A DNA stretch of 64,000 nt, from assembly GCA_964016885.1 (NCBI GenBank), contig OZ024742.1, forward strand, positions 38,750,001 through 38,814,000, read 5' to 3'. Origin of the DNA: Eledone cirrhosa. Its lineage: Eukaryota. Position 1 is the first letter of the stretch. Each line of letters starts with the position of its first letter. A program made the translations under genes and the position numbers. The notes under the pieces are model-generated. The model had not been told where the DNA came from and made no database searches. It saw nothing but the letters and a program-made list of their open reading frames with translations. This document shows positions 28,572 to 44,750 of the stretch, piece by piece.

Positions 28572-28650
28572 CACTGTATATATGTATATATAATGACAAA
28601 CACATGCGTACTAATACAACAACCACTGAAAGGTGGTGTTTAAATAATGT

Positions 28651-28814
28651 GTGAATATGTATATGTGTGTGTAAGTGCATGTGTTACTGACGTGAATATG
28701 TATATGTGAGTGTAAGTGCATGTGTTACTGACGTGAATATGTATATGTGTGTGTAAGTGCATGTGTTACAGACGTGAATATGTATATGTGAGTGTAAGTG
28801 CATGTGTTACTGAC
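28651..28814. repeat. 41-bp minisatellite, 4 copies
   Basis: GTGAATATGTATATGTGWGTGTAAGTGCATGTGTTACWGAC at 28651, 28692, 28733, 28774. Confidence 0.9.
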
Positions 28815-28981
28815 TCCTTCTGAACCCTACTAAATATTATTTTCTCTGATATCATACACATGGGAAACAGGTTTTTCTAAGGATCAAAGCCTAGTTTCAT
28901 TTATGATGTTAATGGGGAGTACGGCTGGGAGTGAAAAGGCCGTTTTTAGACGGTCCTTCCTCAACCGGATATCAAGAGGAA

Positions 28982-29077
<96 letters not shown>

Positions 29078-29078
29078 A

Positions 29079-29151
<73 letters not shown>

Positions 29152-29217
29152 CATATATGTATATATATATATATGTATATATATATATACATATATATAT
29201 AAATATATATATATACA

Positions 29218-29249
<32 letters not shown>

Positions 29250-29250
29250 C

Positions 29251-29316
<66 letters not shown>

Positions 29317-29502
29317 CATATATATATATAAATAAATATATATATATATAGTATTAAGGATACTATTTATGGTTATGTATATACTAAAACCTTTTATAGT
29401 TATATATATATTATACCCTAAATAGTGAAAGACAGTAATATGAAAATAATATGTCTCTTGTGTTGAAAAGGAGGTCAAGTATGTTAAAAATCACTGAATA
29501 AT

Positions 29503-29549
29503 TGCTCCGAAGAATCCAAACCTCAGTTTGGAAGAAACAATTGTAAGCA
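29503..29549 (+). ncRNA. Type I HHR motif (U4>C) in a TA-flanked insert
   Basis: TGCT-CCGAAGA-ATCCAAAC CTCA GTTTGGAA-GAAA-C AATT G-TA-AGCA. Confidence 0.65.
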
Positions 29550-29592
29550 GATAAATGATTTAAACAGAACTTTGTTTCATGTAATCTCTCTC

Positions 29593-29628
<36 letters not shown>

Positions 29629-29630
29629 AA

Positions 29631-29719
<89 letters not shown>

Positions 29720-29994
29720 TTAAAGGATATATAAAATAACTTTTTTTATAAATCAAGTTGAGAAAGAAAAACTAAAATTATGTAGATATATATAGGACAA
29801 GAAGTATTAATGTATTTACTTAAATTACAAATTCTCAGACGGCCGTTTCTTGGAAACCCAGAATCCGAAGTTTGAAATCCATTTTGATGATTGGTATCAG
29901 TCACCAATTATCGATTTTTGTCATAAACATCGTCAAGACCAACGGGGAAATTTCCATAATCAGTGAGCTTAGTGTCTTTTCTATATAAATCTCA

Positions 29995-30200
29995 CATTGT
30001 ATTTATACCAAGAATGCCGCTAATACCAAAGAATGTCTCCTTTCGTTTCAGATTATTGCAATTCCTAGTGAGAATCAGTTACGCAATGGCCATTAACAAG
30101 TCCCAAGTTCAAACCCTGCAGGTTGTCGGTCTCCATCTAGAAAAGGGCTGTTGGTCATATGGTCCATTGTATGTAGGTTATTCAAGACTAGGAAGACCCC
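29995..30200 (+). pseudogene. Helitron Pif1-family helicase C-terminal fragment
   Basis: VFIPRMPLIP..FRFRLLQFLVRISYAMAINKSQVQTL.VVGLHL..SYGPLYVGYSR matches Pif1 motifs V-VI (QFP..A.TINKSQGQT, HGQLYVA.SR). Confidence 0.85.
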
Positions 30201-31403
30201 ACAAACTCTCCTTAAGGTTATTTGGGAATATGATATATGTCTATTTCGTTTAAGACGGCGGTGTGTGATTTAGGTTAGAATTTTGATATTGTTTCTATAA
30301 GGTTGAACGAAACTTTATAGTCTCTCTCGTTGGGTCCTAGTTGATTTATTTTAATTGATCGCAAAGCCTGTCGTTTGGCCTTTTTGCTACCAAACTACCT
30401 GAAACTTTCCCTAGTTCTATGATACAAAGCGATCTATTTTAAAGTAATTATAATTATATAAAAAAAATGTAAGAACCGTCGTTAAGAGATACTCCCAACA
30501 TCAGATAAATAATGAGAAAATTAGATATTGATATATTATTAAATCACTACAAACTACAGATTATTATCTAAATGATTTGAAAATCAAAGCAGTGTTTTTT
30601 TATTAGAAATATGGCAACGAAAGTATTTAATGAATGAAATTAGTTTTTTTTTTTCGTGTATATATGTGAACTTTTTAGACGAAGGATCAACACGAAGGAT
30701 CAAGTTTGACCTAGGACTTAACAACAGCAACAACAGCGTGAGAAAGCGAAGGATTCCAGAAAGCAGCAGCTTGAGACTTCACACTGCTGTACTATTTAGC
30801 TTTCCCTCTCACTATGTAACGTTGCTTACTGGTGCTTTGCCTGAAGTAATGAAATGTGAAGCCGGAAGCAGTGCTTTGACAGACTGTGTTACACTAAAAC
30901 CGGATGCCATAGTGTTATTTTGATCTGAATACTTGCAACTGAACGAACTCGGTTAGAATCTTCCAAGGTCCAGGTGGTGGTGTTAGATCCACTCCACTGA
31001 CCCATTAACCGCTTTGATACTGAAACGGCCCTCGATTTCACCACACTCAGCTATATATTTTAAAGTGCTTATACTTATCCGAAGGCGGCGAACTGGTACA
31101 GTCGTTAGAGCCGCTGATTAAAAATATATTGGAATTTGTTCTGGTTCATTGCACTTCGAGTTCAAATCCTGCCGATGTCAACTTTGCATTTCAATAAATA
31201 AAGTATCAGTTTCGTACTGGGGTCGATTTCTATCTCTTTCACTCACGCACATATATATGTAATATATACGCAAAGAGATTCTGTATAGCTGTCGTCAATC
31301 AAGTTACCGGTCAACCTAGGACACTTTCTCAAGAAAGTGAAACTTAAATTAAATAGTTGTAAAGCGATGTCCCGAACAACTCAGCTATATCTCCGACTAT
31401 GTA

Positions 31404-31620
31404 CAGTCTGTTCACTTTTTACGCGAACTTGAAACACGCGAATTCGCTTTAACGCCCCTTGGAAAAATATTATCAAATATTCACTTTGTGCCAATAACGC
31501 GCTATAACGCGTGTGGTTTTTTATTTTTTTATTTATCAGAAATAAAAGAATTGAATGACGCGAATTTGCTTTACGCGCCGCGTTCACGAACGCATGTTCG
31601 CGTAAAAAGCGAAAACACTA
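31404..31620. mobile_element. Tigger/pogo-like MITE, TA-flanked
   Basis: TIRs CAGTCTGTTCACTTTTTACGCGAAC / GTTCGCGTAAAAAGCGAAAACACTA. Confidence 0.7.
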
Positions 31621-31704
31621 TATATTTTTGCATGTATTTATGTATGTATGTATATAAAGGTTGGCTTTGTATAACTTCCAACTGGTTATACAGTAGGGAA
31701 AATG

Positions 31705-32390
31705 ACTGAGCTAAGGTATTTGTTATTTATGGACAACTTTAAGCTGCTGGCTAATGATAAAAACAAGTTTAATCTCTTGGCCAGATAATCTCAGAAGTGG
31801 AAGAATGTAATTTGTTATTGAATATGTGAGTGATGAAAAGGAGAAAACTTGTGAATAGCCTTGGAATAGAACTGCTATCACCAGATCAGATAAAATAGAT
31901 GACATGGAAGGAAAATGGTATATATATATTTTAAAATCTTAAATTTAGAATGCGTATTAGAAAGAGAGATAACAGGAAATATAGATAGCTAGAAATATAA
32001 TACAAGCGTTGCTTAACAAAATTCCATGCTGGTAACCCTATTGATTCAACGGAGATAAATATGTTTTAAATAGATTTATTGAAACATTATGGAAAAATAT
32101 GACAGACTTTATCAGCTATCCAATGTGATACATCTTAATACAGTAAGAATATCTATAGTTAAAAGATCGATATGTTTTAAAAGAGGAAAACGATATGAAG
32201 AAAAAAACACACATACACAGAGCCAGATTTGATACTTTAGTTGGGAATATCAGCTAGCAATTTCTATAAAAGTAACCCTGAAAAAAAGGTTTGAATATAA
32301 AGAAACTTAAGACAGAGTGCAATTCATGAAAATTCTATAGGCACTTCATGGACAACTGAGAAACATAAAACGTATCAAAACCTGCTTTCT
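31705..32390 (+). pseudogene. Highly degenerate R4/Dong-type RT remnant
   Basis: YLLFMDNFKLLA (cf. HLLFMDDLKL), VMKRRKLVNSLGIEL, TKFHAGNPI with frameshifts. Confidence 0.55.
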
Positions 32391-32429
32391 CCGTTTTAGA
32401 TAATCAAAACATTGGAAAATTTAATTTTA

Positions 32430-32762
32430 TTCTATGTAATAATATATCATGTAAATGCAATTTAAAAGAAAAAGAGAAAAAGAAAATTTAGATTGAGAAG
32501 AGAGAATGAAATGTAAAATAAGAAAATATTAAAAAAAAACGGAAAAAGAAAGGGAATAGCACGGGCTCTAGGGTCACAGAATAATGGGGAGGGAGAGGAG
32601 AAGGGTGATTGGGCTCTGGGCCTAGGGCGCGGCAGTAATGGGGCTGCACCCCACGGACAAGACCGCAAAAGCATTACCGCGGACAATGGGCAGCGACACC
32701 CGCTGAAACGGCCACCCCACCTTGCGGGGCTCCTTCTTCAGGTGGGCTGCCAAAGCTCCGAT
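32430..32762 (-). mobile_element. CRE-clade 3' end and UTR
   Basis: EPRKVGWPFQRVSLPIVRGNAFAVLSVG; UTR similar to 22690-22860. Confidence 0.75.
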
Positions 32763-32789
32763 TGAATCATAGAACTACTGGACTACTTT

Positions 32790-32945
32790 TTTCCTCCGCA
32801 AAATCGAGAGAAGTGCATCGCACTTGAAGATGTAACCCGTGAGATGGAATGGCTGATGCAACAGTAGATATCGCTGACTGTAATGCATGACAATGCTTTC
32901 ACTATTTTGTCCACAGGTCGCAGCTGAGATAAACTCCCGAGGTCC
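32790..32945 (+). mobile_element. Degenerate CRE-clade 3' end, opposite orientation
   Basis: REMEWLMQQ*ISLTVMHDNAFTILSTG. Confidence 0.55.
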
Positions 32946-33158
32946 TTTTCATTATTTAATTCCCTCTCCATTTTCTTAAAGTACCAGTAATGTACTGGGT
33001 AATTGCTGGCCTTGTGCCAAAAGTAGAAACAATTATTTAATTCCCTCTCCATTTTCTCGTTTTTGTTTTCTCTCTCCCTGTTCATTATTTTAATCCTTTT
33101 TATTTAATACTTTCATTATTGTATATTCAATTTTTGTATGAGTGTGTGTCTGTGAAAC

Positions 33159-33310
33159 ATATACACCAGGTCCGAACCCAAAGGAACCAAACTCCCACTG
33201 TCACTGCCTCCGTCTCTCCTGCCCTCCCCATCTCTCATATACACCAGGTCCGAACACAAAGGAACCAAACTCGTATTGTCACTGCCTCCGTCTCTCCCGC
33301 TCTCCACATC
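33159..33310. repeat. ~78-bp tandem duplication; partial third copy at 25172-25219
   Basis: ATACACCAGGTCCGAAC.CAAAGGA.CCAAACTC..TGTCACTG repeated. Confidence 0.85.
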
Positions 33311-34451
33311 TTTCACTTTTATGGGCAATTGGGGGTCTACGTGCTGGCCGCCATTGCGGCTCCGGCGGACCGGCCGCCTCGCTGCCCCGGCGAACAGAAT
33401 AGAGAAGGAGTTTCATGGCTAAGTTAAATATGAATTTGTAAGTATTTTGCAAAAGAAACAAAGAAAAGAAAACTGATAGTTTCTGAGATTAAATATCCCT
33501 CCCGCCCCCACCCCCAAAATACCGACATTTTTTTTCAACACTGACTACATAGAACAACTCCAGGATTGTTTTGTGGGTCTTGTGGTGTCATGGAGACATG
33601 TTAGTCCATATGACCCCGGCCTTTAACATATTGTCAAAGGTTATATCAGGGCTGATCACTTGATCATATTTTCTTAAGAAAGTAATTTCGAGCTATTGGT
33701 CAACATCGTCACCGATATCATCCACGTGTTTCTTCGTTTCCAATGCAGTAGGATTAGTCTATGTGCAGGAAGTGTGTGTTTCTTAAACCCATCCTCAATC
33801 CTAAAAACAACACAAATAGAACTATACCTTCTCCTTCACTCGGTGTAAGAGCATTCCTACATATCCACGAAGACCGCACCTAACTGTTAATTGGGGAAGC
33901 AGAAGGAAAGTCCCTAGAGCTTTAGAAATACACTGGTAAGTCGCTTTCTTTCACTCTATCTTTAGGTAGAAAAGCACCTGTTTTTGTAACATAATGATGC
34001 CATCCAGTCTTTCTTTCAACTAGAATATCTATATCTAAATTTTATTTGCTGCAAGTTATATTTCAGAAGACGAAGTTGGCCCATTATTCAATTCCTATCA
34101 TTAAGAATTACAGAATAACTTTTGTTTGCCACAGTTTGTGTGTGTGTTTTGTTTTGTTGTTGTTTGGGTTAAATATATAGCTAGAACAACCAGTATTATT
34201 ATATAGACAAGGAAATGTCTATATATTTCCCACCCGAAGTGTTTGTACATTGTTGTAAAATGTTCCTGTTAGTTTCCTTTATATTTTGTTGAAAATATGG
34301 GGAAGCACGTTCATCTTTAATGTTTGCTTTAATGGACGTTCTGCGTTACCATACTGTGCATATATGTGGACACAATAAGAAGAAAAAATTGTAAAAATAT
34401 CAGACATATTTGTTTCGCTTAGGTCATGTGGTGGTTGTCTAAATGTATAAA

Positions 34452-34822
34452 ACATCGATCGCCAACCTTTCTGACCTCACGGACTACTAAATTCATAATT
34501 TTAAATTCCACGGACCACTAATATGATTTTTTTATAAGATAGATACATTTGTAAAATAATAATCAAATAACTCCCATTTTATTAAACTATACTGAAGCGT
34601 ACGTGTGCCATATTGTCGATTGATGATACATATATGTAAAATTCTTTCATGGATGTTAGTTCTTTACTGAAGAGAAGCAGTTTTTAGGGGTGTTATAAAA
34701 TATATTTCAACCGAATATTATTTTTGTTTTATTATCAATAAAATATAAAAATTGCAAATAATGTCCAAATTTTTCTGTAGACCACCAAAATTTTCTCTCG
34801 GACCACCATTTGGCAACCGCTG
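34452..34822. mobile_element. hAT/Charlie-like MITE
   Basis: Degenerate TIRs CATCGATCGCCAA / TTGGCAACCGCTG with internal GGACCAC repeats. Confidence 0.45.
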
Positions 34823-35174
34823 GTATAAAACACCCGGTATTATAATTCCCCACCAGAAAAAAGTCTTAAACTTGTTAGAATCCCGAACGCCGGAGAACGA
34901 TATCAAACACATGTCGGATCACGCCAAAAGTCAATAAGTATGGTTTCTAATTTATGAACAAGACAAACAAATTAGGGCGAGGGGAATGTAGATGAAATCA
35001 ACCATACCACGTGAGTGGTACTTATTTTGTTGAGCCTGATATTTGAACTCAGAACATAAAGAATCGATATTTGAACTCAGAACCTAAAGGAAAGAATTTT
35101 GTCCGATATCGAGGCGCGTAATAAAAGTTATCCAGCCACCCTTCCATATAAATATAAATGTTAATCATTCCTAT

Positions 35175-35478
35175 CATTCTCATCATCCTCTTCATCCTCT
35201 TCATCCTCTTCATCCTCTTCATCATTCAATTTTTGATTATACAGGATACAATTAACCCCTAAGTAGGGATGAGTCCTGCCTGGCAATTCTCTTTAGCGTC
35301 CCGCTCCATGTGTTTCTGTCCGCTGGTCTCACTTGGGCCCGGCCAAGCCTTGCTTCATCCCGACGGATCTCCTCCATACAAGTCCTTTTTGGTTTTCCTG
35401 GGCCCCTACTGCTCCAGGATCGACATTCATCACTTTGCTGATCCAGCCCTCACTGCGCTCGACATGGCCGTATCAGGG
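35175..35478 (-). mobile_element. RTE LINE 3' remnant with (GATGAAGAG)n tail
   Basis: YGHVERSEGWISKV..GKPKRT..DRNTW on the minus strand. Confidence 0.65.
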
Positions 35479-35485
35479 CATGCAC

Positions 35486-35596
<111 letters not shown>

Positions 35597-35617
35597 TACA
35601 TATATATATATATGTGA

Positions 35618-35820
35618 AGGCGTGTGGCTCAGTGGTTAGATAATTGGATTTGCAATCGTGAGGTTGTGAGTTCGATTCTCGGACCGGGCGATGCGTTATG
35701 TCCTTGAGCAAGACACTTTATTTCACGTTGCTCCTTCTACCTGGAGTTGCGACCGATAGATAGTATTAGCAACTGGAAAGACCGATGGAAACATTGTTTC
35801 CTCGGTCCGATTTGACGAAA
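35618..35820 (+). mobile_element. SINE family 2 variant
   Basis: A box TGGCTCAGTGG, B box GAGTTCGATTC. Confidence 0.8.
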
Positions 35821-35844
35821 GTCGATCGTTCCTTTATACATATA

Positions 35845-36650
35845 CTAGCATTAAAGCCCGGCGTTGCTTGGGGTCAGTAAGTTACCAAAGTTAGGTTGCA
35901 CCACCCATTTTATGGCAGCACTTTTTGTCTGCCAGGCACTGAGTGAATGAATTGCAGACCTGGACTGCCGAAGCAGGAGCTGCGCCAGCAGTGACAATTG
36001 TAGTTTTGCCTATGGATATTATCTCTGTGCAAAGAAGTGTTGAAATTTATTGTTTCACAGTACTTGCGCAACACGCGCGTAGACGATGCCAGCCGAACAA
36101 CAGAGCTGCGATGGAGTTGTTCTGCGTGGTTGTCTAATGTGTGTTTTCTAAATTTGAGACAGTAGGGAGGGGTGTGATATGGGGGAGAGTTAGCTGCTGT
36201 TTCTAGCAGGTTTAGTGACCTCATAGAGGATATGTTTTCTAAATGTAAGACAGTAGGGAGTGGTGTGGTAGGGGGGAGAGTTAGCTGCTGTTTCTAGCAG
36301 GTTTAGTGACCTCATAGAGTATATTATTGTGTATAGTAAATAAACTGATACTTCTTTCTTCCACGTTCGTTGAGAGGTTTTAAAAAAGATTTATCGCTAT
36401 TTTTTTGTTGTTGAATAAATTTATCTGTTGCTTTTGAATAATTGTTGTTTCGTATGAAATGTAATAAGTTCTCTTTGTCATTGAAGTAAATAAATGTTTG
36501 ACCGTTCCACACTCAAAAACAAACGTTCTGTCTCTCTCACTCTCTTCTCTCTCTCTTCGGCGTTCCTAAAGGAAGTTTGTAAGCATGTATGTAGTTTTAT
36601 CGAATTTTAAGGGGAGTAGAGAGAGGTAGTCAGATTCTATTAGAGAGATA
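35845..36650 (-). mobile_element. Possible non-autonomous Helitron carrying a ~90-bp tandem duplication (36141-36319)
   Basis: Minus-strand 3' end CCCCAAGCAACGCCGGG..GCTAG|T; possible 5' end TCTCTCTAATAG near 36648 (uncertain). Confidence 0.4.
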
Positions 36651-36824
36651 AAGCGTCATGTATTTAGTTTTATCGATTATTTCCGTAATTGTGGGTGAGT
36701 TTGAATGAAATAAATAGTCGTTGACCTAAGTTACACCATTTACAACATTCTTTGAAATTGTGCAAATGTATAAACATGGAACATGCACACACACACACTA
36801 CAACAACAATCTGCCTTTTATAGA

Positions 36825-37013
36825 TAATTGTTTCTACTTTAGGCACAAGGCCAGCAATTAACCAGTACATTACTGGTACTTTATTTTATCGACCCCGTAA
36901 GGATGAAAGGCAAAGTCAACCTCGGCGGGATTTGAACTCAGATCGTAAAGGGACGTAACTATGCTGGAAAGCATGGCGTCCGACCCTCTACTGATACTGC
37001 CAATCCACCGCCC
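36825..37013 (-). mobile_element. SINE family 1
   Basis: Full-length consensus match. Confidence 0.85.
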
Positions 37014-37796
37014 TTTTATAGATAATGATTATATATGATATCCATACATATATATATGATATATATTCTCTCTTTTCATTCTCTGTCTCTCACACCCTAC
37101 CTCCCCTTCCTCGTTGTTTTTTGACGAGCTGACGTCAACATAACACATTTACAACTATTAAATAAATACCAGTAAACAAAAACAAAAACAAAAACTCCCC
37201 CACCACACCCTTAAAAAATGGACCGGAAATGGTGGACGGAAGAGTCTTAATTTCATTAACGATCTGAGTTCAAATCCCGCCGAGGTTAACTTTGCCTTTC
37301 ATCCTTACGGGGTCGATAAAATAAAGTACCAGTAATGTACTGGGATTTGCTGGCCTTGTGCCAAAAAGTAGAAACAATTATTGTCCTATCTTTCAGAATA
37401 TTCTCCTCTCTCTCTCTCTACCACCCTCTCTCTCTACCCCCTCTCTCTCCACTCTCTCTCTAGCACTCTCTCTCTAGTCTCTCTCTCTCCACACACACAC
37501 TCTCTCTCTCCACACACTCTCTCTCTCTACTCTCTCTCTCCACACACTCTCTCTCTCTACTCTCTCTACCACCAAATATAAAACCTCACCATCTCTCCGT
37601 CTCCTCACGTATGCAACAAAGTAACATAAATAGATGAAATGAAAATAGCAATAATAATAACGATAATATAAAATAATATATAAGAAGCAGCAAATATAAA
37701 GGATAAAGGAGATAATATCTGAGAGGAAACACACAAGGATTTCTCAGGAAGTAGAAATATGAAAATATAAAAGTCATGAAAGAGGAAGGAAGAAAC

Positions 37797-40990
<3,194 letters not shown>

Positions 40991-41056
40991 TTCCTGTCGA
41001 GTTAATGGTTCGGTCATCTGTTGCGAATTGATATGAGTTAAGCCGATATCTGAAGT

Positions 41057-41110
41057 TAGCATTAGTAGTAGTAGTAGTAGTAGTAGCAGCAGCAGCAGTA
41101 GTAGTAGCAT

Positions 41111-41167
<57 letters not shown>

Positions 41168-41228
41168 CAGCAGCAGTAGTAGTAGCATTAGTAGTAGTAG
41201 TAGTAGTAGTAGCAGCAGTAGTAGTAGC

Positions 41229-41266
<38 letters not shown>

Positions 41267-41630
41267 CAGCAGCAGCAGCAGCAGTAGTAGTAGCATTAGT
41301 AGTAGTAGTAGTAGTAGCAGCAGTAGTAGTAGCAGTAGTAGTAGTAGTAGTAGTAGTAGTAGCAGCAGCAGCAGCAGTAGTAGTAGCATTAGTAGTAGTA
41401 GTAGTAGTAGCAGCAGTAATAGTAGCAGTAGTAGTAGCAGCAACAGTAGTAGTAGCAGCAGCAGTAGTAGCAGTAGCAGCAGTAACAGTAGTAGTAGCAA
41501 CCGTAGTAGTAGTAACAATAGTAGTAGTAGTAGTAATAGTAGCAGCAGCAGTAACAGTAGTAGTAGTAGTAATAGCAGTAACAGTAGCAGCAGCAGCAAC
41601 AGTAGTAGTAGTAACAGTAGCAGCAGTAGT
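41057..41630. repeat. (TAG/CAG)n triplet array
   Basis: Direct inspection. Confidence 0.95.
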
Positions 41631-41790
41631 ATTTTTAATTTTTACACATCTCCCACCCCTTTTATTTTCACTTTTTAAAAGATTTTGTTTTATATTTATT
41701 TTTATTTTCCCCTTCTTTTTTTTGTGTTCTTTACTTGTTAACTTCCCTCCTTACAACCCTCCTTACACCCTCTCGGAGTTCCTCTCAACA

Positions 41791-41824
41791 TTCCTGATGA
41801 AGGACTTAAGTCCGAAACGTTGAA
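41791..41824 (+). ncRNA. Minimal PLE-type HHR (dimer-type AACGUU stem III) in a 3' UTR fragment (~41640-41901)
   Basis: TTC-CTGATGA(41794)-AGGACT TA AGTCC-GAAA-CG-TT-GAA. Confidence 0.7.
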
Positions 41825-41909
41825 ACCTTCTCCAGTTCCACCAAGCGAAACATAATACAACTGTGTACAATTGACTCCTGGTTTTGTTTGATCTTTTCAA
41901 CTATATATT

Positions 41910-41987
<78 letters not shown>

Positions 41988-42082
41988 ATACTTTGGGAGG
42001 GTCATGTTGCCAATAAGAAACACACGCACCAGTTGCTTTCACTTCAATTTATTATATATCTATTTTATATTTATTATATCGC

Positions 42083-42598
42083 CCAAGAGGCGAACTAGCC
42101 TACAAATTTAGAAGGGCCCTAAATAAACATAAACTCAATATTAAGATAGTAGAAAGACCAGGTACCTCCGTAAAAACACTTATTAGCAAGACATACCCTT
42201 TCCAAAGACCCTCATGTATAGATAAGAAATGTATAACCTGTAAAATAAGCCCCCATATTAACTGTAAAACTAGAAATGTAGTGTATAGCATAAGATGTAC
42301 TGAAGGACAATGTAGAAACAAAAATATAGTGTACATAGGTGAGACAGCTCGCAGTATAGGGGAACGGATAAATGAACACTGGCGAGACCTTCAAGATAAT
42401 AAAGAATCATCTGTACTCTACCAACATGCTAAGATAGAACACAAGGGTAAATTAGAGAACATAGAAATAAAAATAGAATCTACACACAGAAAAGATGCAA
42501 TGTTTAGACAAATTACAGAGGCAATAAACATAAAAGAATTACAACCAAAACTAAATAGAAAATATGAGTGGAACAGCAACATCACAACTTACAATTAA
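42083..42598 (+). CDS. PLE C-terminal Cys-rich linker + GIY-YIG endonuclease (partial)
   Basis: Open frame PRGELAYKFRRAL..CIDKKCITC..NCKTRNVVYSIRC..YIGETARSIGERINEH..RQITEA..PKLN; closely similar to 62704-63240. Confidence 0.85.
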   Translation, partial: PRGELAYKFRRALNKHKLNIKIVERPGTSVKTLISKTYPFQRPSCIDKKCITCKISPHINCKTRNVVYSIRCTEGQCRNKNIVYIGETARSIGERINEHWRDLQDNKESSVLYQHAKIEHKGKLENIEIKIESTHRKDAMFRQITEAINIKELQPKLNRKYEWNSNITTYN

Positions 42599-42810
42599 GG
42601 ACAAAATGAAAACACACACACACATAGAACAAACAACCAACCAATAACATGTAAATAAATAAATAAATAAACAAATAGATAAATGAACATAAACACACAC
42701 AGACACCCGGATGTGGCGCATGCGCAAACTGAGCACACAACACACACACAGAAACAAAATGGCGTAGGACAGAACAAAGGAGAGGCACGGAGACAAAGAA
42801 AGGAATCCCC

Positions 42811-42855
42811 AGTCACTGAAGGGGTCACAGAGTGTGTGACGAAAGGACTATGACT
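42811..42855 (+). ncRNA. Type I HHR in PLE 3' UTR (A9>G)
   Basis: AGTCA-CTGAAGG-GGTCACA GAGTG TGTGAC-GAAA-GGAC-TA-TGACT; perfect 5-bp stem I. Confidence 0.7.
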
Positions 42856-43065
42856 ATATATAAACAACTATCTGGTTGTGGAACCAACCAACCAACCAGA
42901 AATTTATAAATTTATAAATTTGTAAATTTATAGATATATAATAAATTGAAGTGAAAGCAACTGGTGCGTGTGTTTCTTATTGGCAACATGACCCTCCCAA
43001 AGTATAACAATATCGGTTTCAACACACGATTTCAGATAAAGAATCTTGCTAAACAAATTCAGAAA

Positions 43066-43119
<54 letters not shown>

Positions 43120-43155
43120 TGTGAGAAAAACCACAGACCCTCCATCTCAACTGTA

Positions 43156-43191
43156 CTTTTGAAAAGCAGAAGAACTGCGAAACCGGTAAAG
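43156..43191 (+). ncRNA. Minimal HHR with U3-A8 core in a TA-flanked insert (~43116-43340)
   Basis: CTT-TTGAAAA-GCAG AAGAA CTGC-GAAA-CCGG-TA-AAG. Confidence 0.65.
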
Positions 43192-43359
43192 GAACCAAAT
43201 AAATATATATATTGAAAAAAAAAAAAAAAAAAAAAAAAGACTCCAGTTGCATTTTCGATTTCATCTTTTTTTCTTTATACTTTCACTCGTGTAGGACACC
43301 TCGGTTATTTTTCATTTTGTAAAAAAACCCTCACTTTCTAATATATATGTGTATATCAA

Positions 43360-44010
43360 CTTAACAATCCAAAACAGAAAACCACACTCAACACCCTGCC
43401 ATATGTATCCACTTTCAACCCCAGAAATACCGAAATGTTTGATCACCTACACAAAAACCTCCCCATCCTACTTAAAGATGTAAAAATGAAGTCTATTCTT
43501 GAAACACACAAGATCCTTAAAAGTAAAAGACAACCCAAATCACTTAAACGCATTCTCACTGGACCAAATATACCCAAACCAATCCTCAACCCTACAGTTA
43601 CCAAATGTGGTAGAACAAACTGTGGAACGTGCCTCTACCTCACTGAAGGACAAACATTTACATTCAAAGATGGCCAAACATTTACAGTAAAAAACAATTT
43701 CACCTGCAACTCGGAGAACTTGATTTACGCAATAACTTGCGGTGGGTGCAAACACAACTACATAGGACAGACGGGCACCTCATTACGCAAAAGAATGACC
43801 ATCCACCGCCAACAAATCCGGGACGCTAACACAAGAAAAATCCCCTTGAGCAGCCATATTGCGAACTGCGCAGGAATGACACTACCCAATTTTAAAATCT
43901 TCCCCTTCTACAAGTGCTCAGATTCGTTCACACAACAACAAAGAATAAACAAAGAAAATCTATTCCTTAACAAATTTAAACCAAAACTAAACGGGTTATC
44001 ACCCCAATAG
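43360..44010 (+). CDS. Neptune-type PLE C-terminus: CxxxxCxxC linker + GIY-YIG endonuclease (5'-truncated)
   Basis: LPYVSTFNP..KCGRTNCGTC..FTCNSENLIYAITCGGC..YIGQTG..LRKRMTIHRQQI..KE..F.PKLN. Confidence 0.85.
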   Translation, partial: LNNPKQKTTLNTLPYVSTFNPRNTEMFDHLHKNLPILLKDVKMKSILETHKILKSKRQPKSLKRILTGPNIPKPILNPTVTKCGRTNCGTCLYLTEGQTFTFKDGQTFTVKNNFTCNSENLIYAITCGGCKHNYIGQTGTSLRKRMTIHRQQIRDANTRKIPLSSHIANCAGMTLPNFKIFPFYKCSDSFTQQQRINKENLFLNKFKPKLNGLSPQ

Positions 44011-44407
44011 AATTGTCATAAAATATAAACACACATACGCACGGAATCACTACTATTAAAGACCAGAGACCAATTCTGTAGAATCAGGTTTATTCATTGA
44101 CAGACCATGCCTTTGTGTGACCAACACATCCATGTTAAACCCTGCACGTGCACACACGTATGTCTATATATATATGCGCACACAGAATTATTTTAATTTC
44201 ACTGCCCCAACTTCTTATATTATGGAAAAAATATATGTGTCTGTATGTATATATATATATATATATTTGAAGGCCATTTCTCTGTGTGTGGGTGTATGTA
44301 TGTGTGTGTGTGTGTGTGTGTGAGTATGTGTGTGCATGTGGATGTATGTATTGTGTGTGCGTGTGTGTGTGTGTGTGTGTATGTATGTGGGTATCTGGAT
44401 GTATGCG

Positions 44408-44438
<31 letters not shown>

Positions 44439-44570
44439 GCATGTGTGTGTGTGTGTGTGTGTATATATATGTGTGTGTATGTGTGTATATATATGTGTGT
44501 GTGTGTGTGTGTGTATGTTTGTATGTGTGTATGTATATATATATATGTGTGTGTGTATGTATGTGTGGGG

Positions 44571-44612
<42 letters not shown>

Positions 44613-44617
44613 GTGTG

Positions 44618-44650
<33 letters not shown>

Positions 44651-44693
44651 ATGTATGTGTGTATCTGGATGTATGTGTATGTATATATATGTG

Positions 44694-44750
<57 letters not shown>

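Larger units (their letters stand above)
41980..43068 (+). mobile_element. 5'-truncated Penelope-like element (family C) with inverted terminal segment, (TA)n on both sides
   Basis: 41980-42063 is the reverse complement of ~42929-43013; encloses the GIY-YIG ORF and an HHR; unpaired tail 43014-43068. Confidence 0.85.

Noticed and set aside
28651-28814. CRISPR-like periodicity
   Set aside because: Contiguous 41-bp tandem units with no unique spacers, in eukaryotic context
33320-33400. HDV-like ribozyme
   Set aside because: Could not build the nested double pseudoknot on either strand
42987-43060. SECIS in the PLE 3' terminus
   Set aside because: No AUGA/GA quartet helix could be folded, and no in-frame UGA in the visible ORFs
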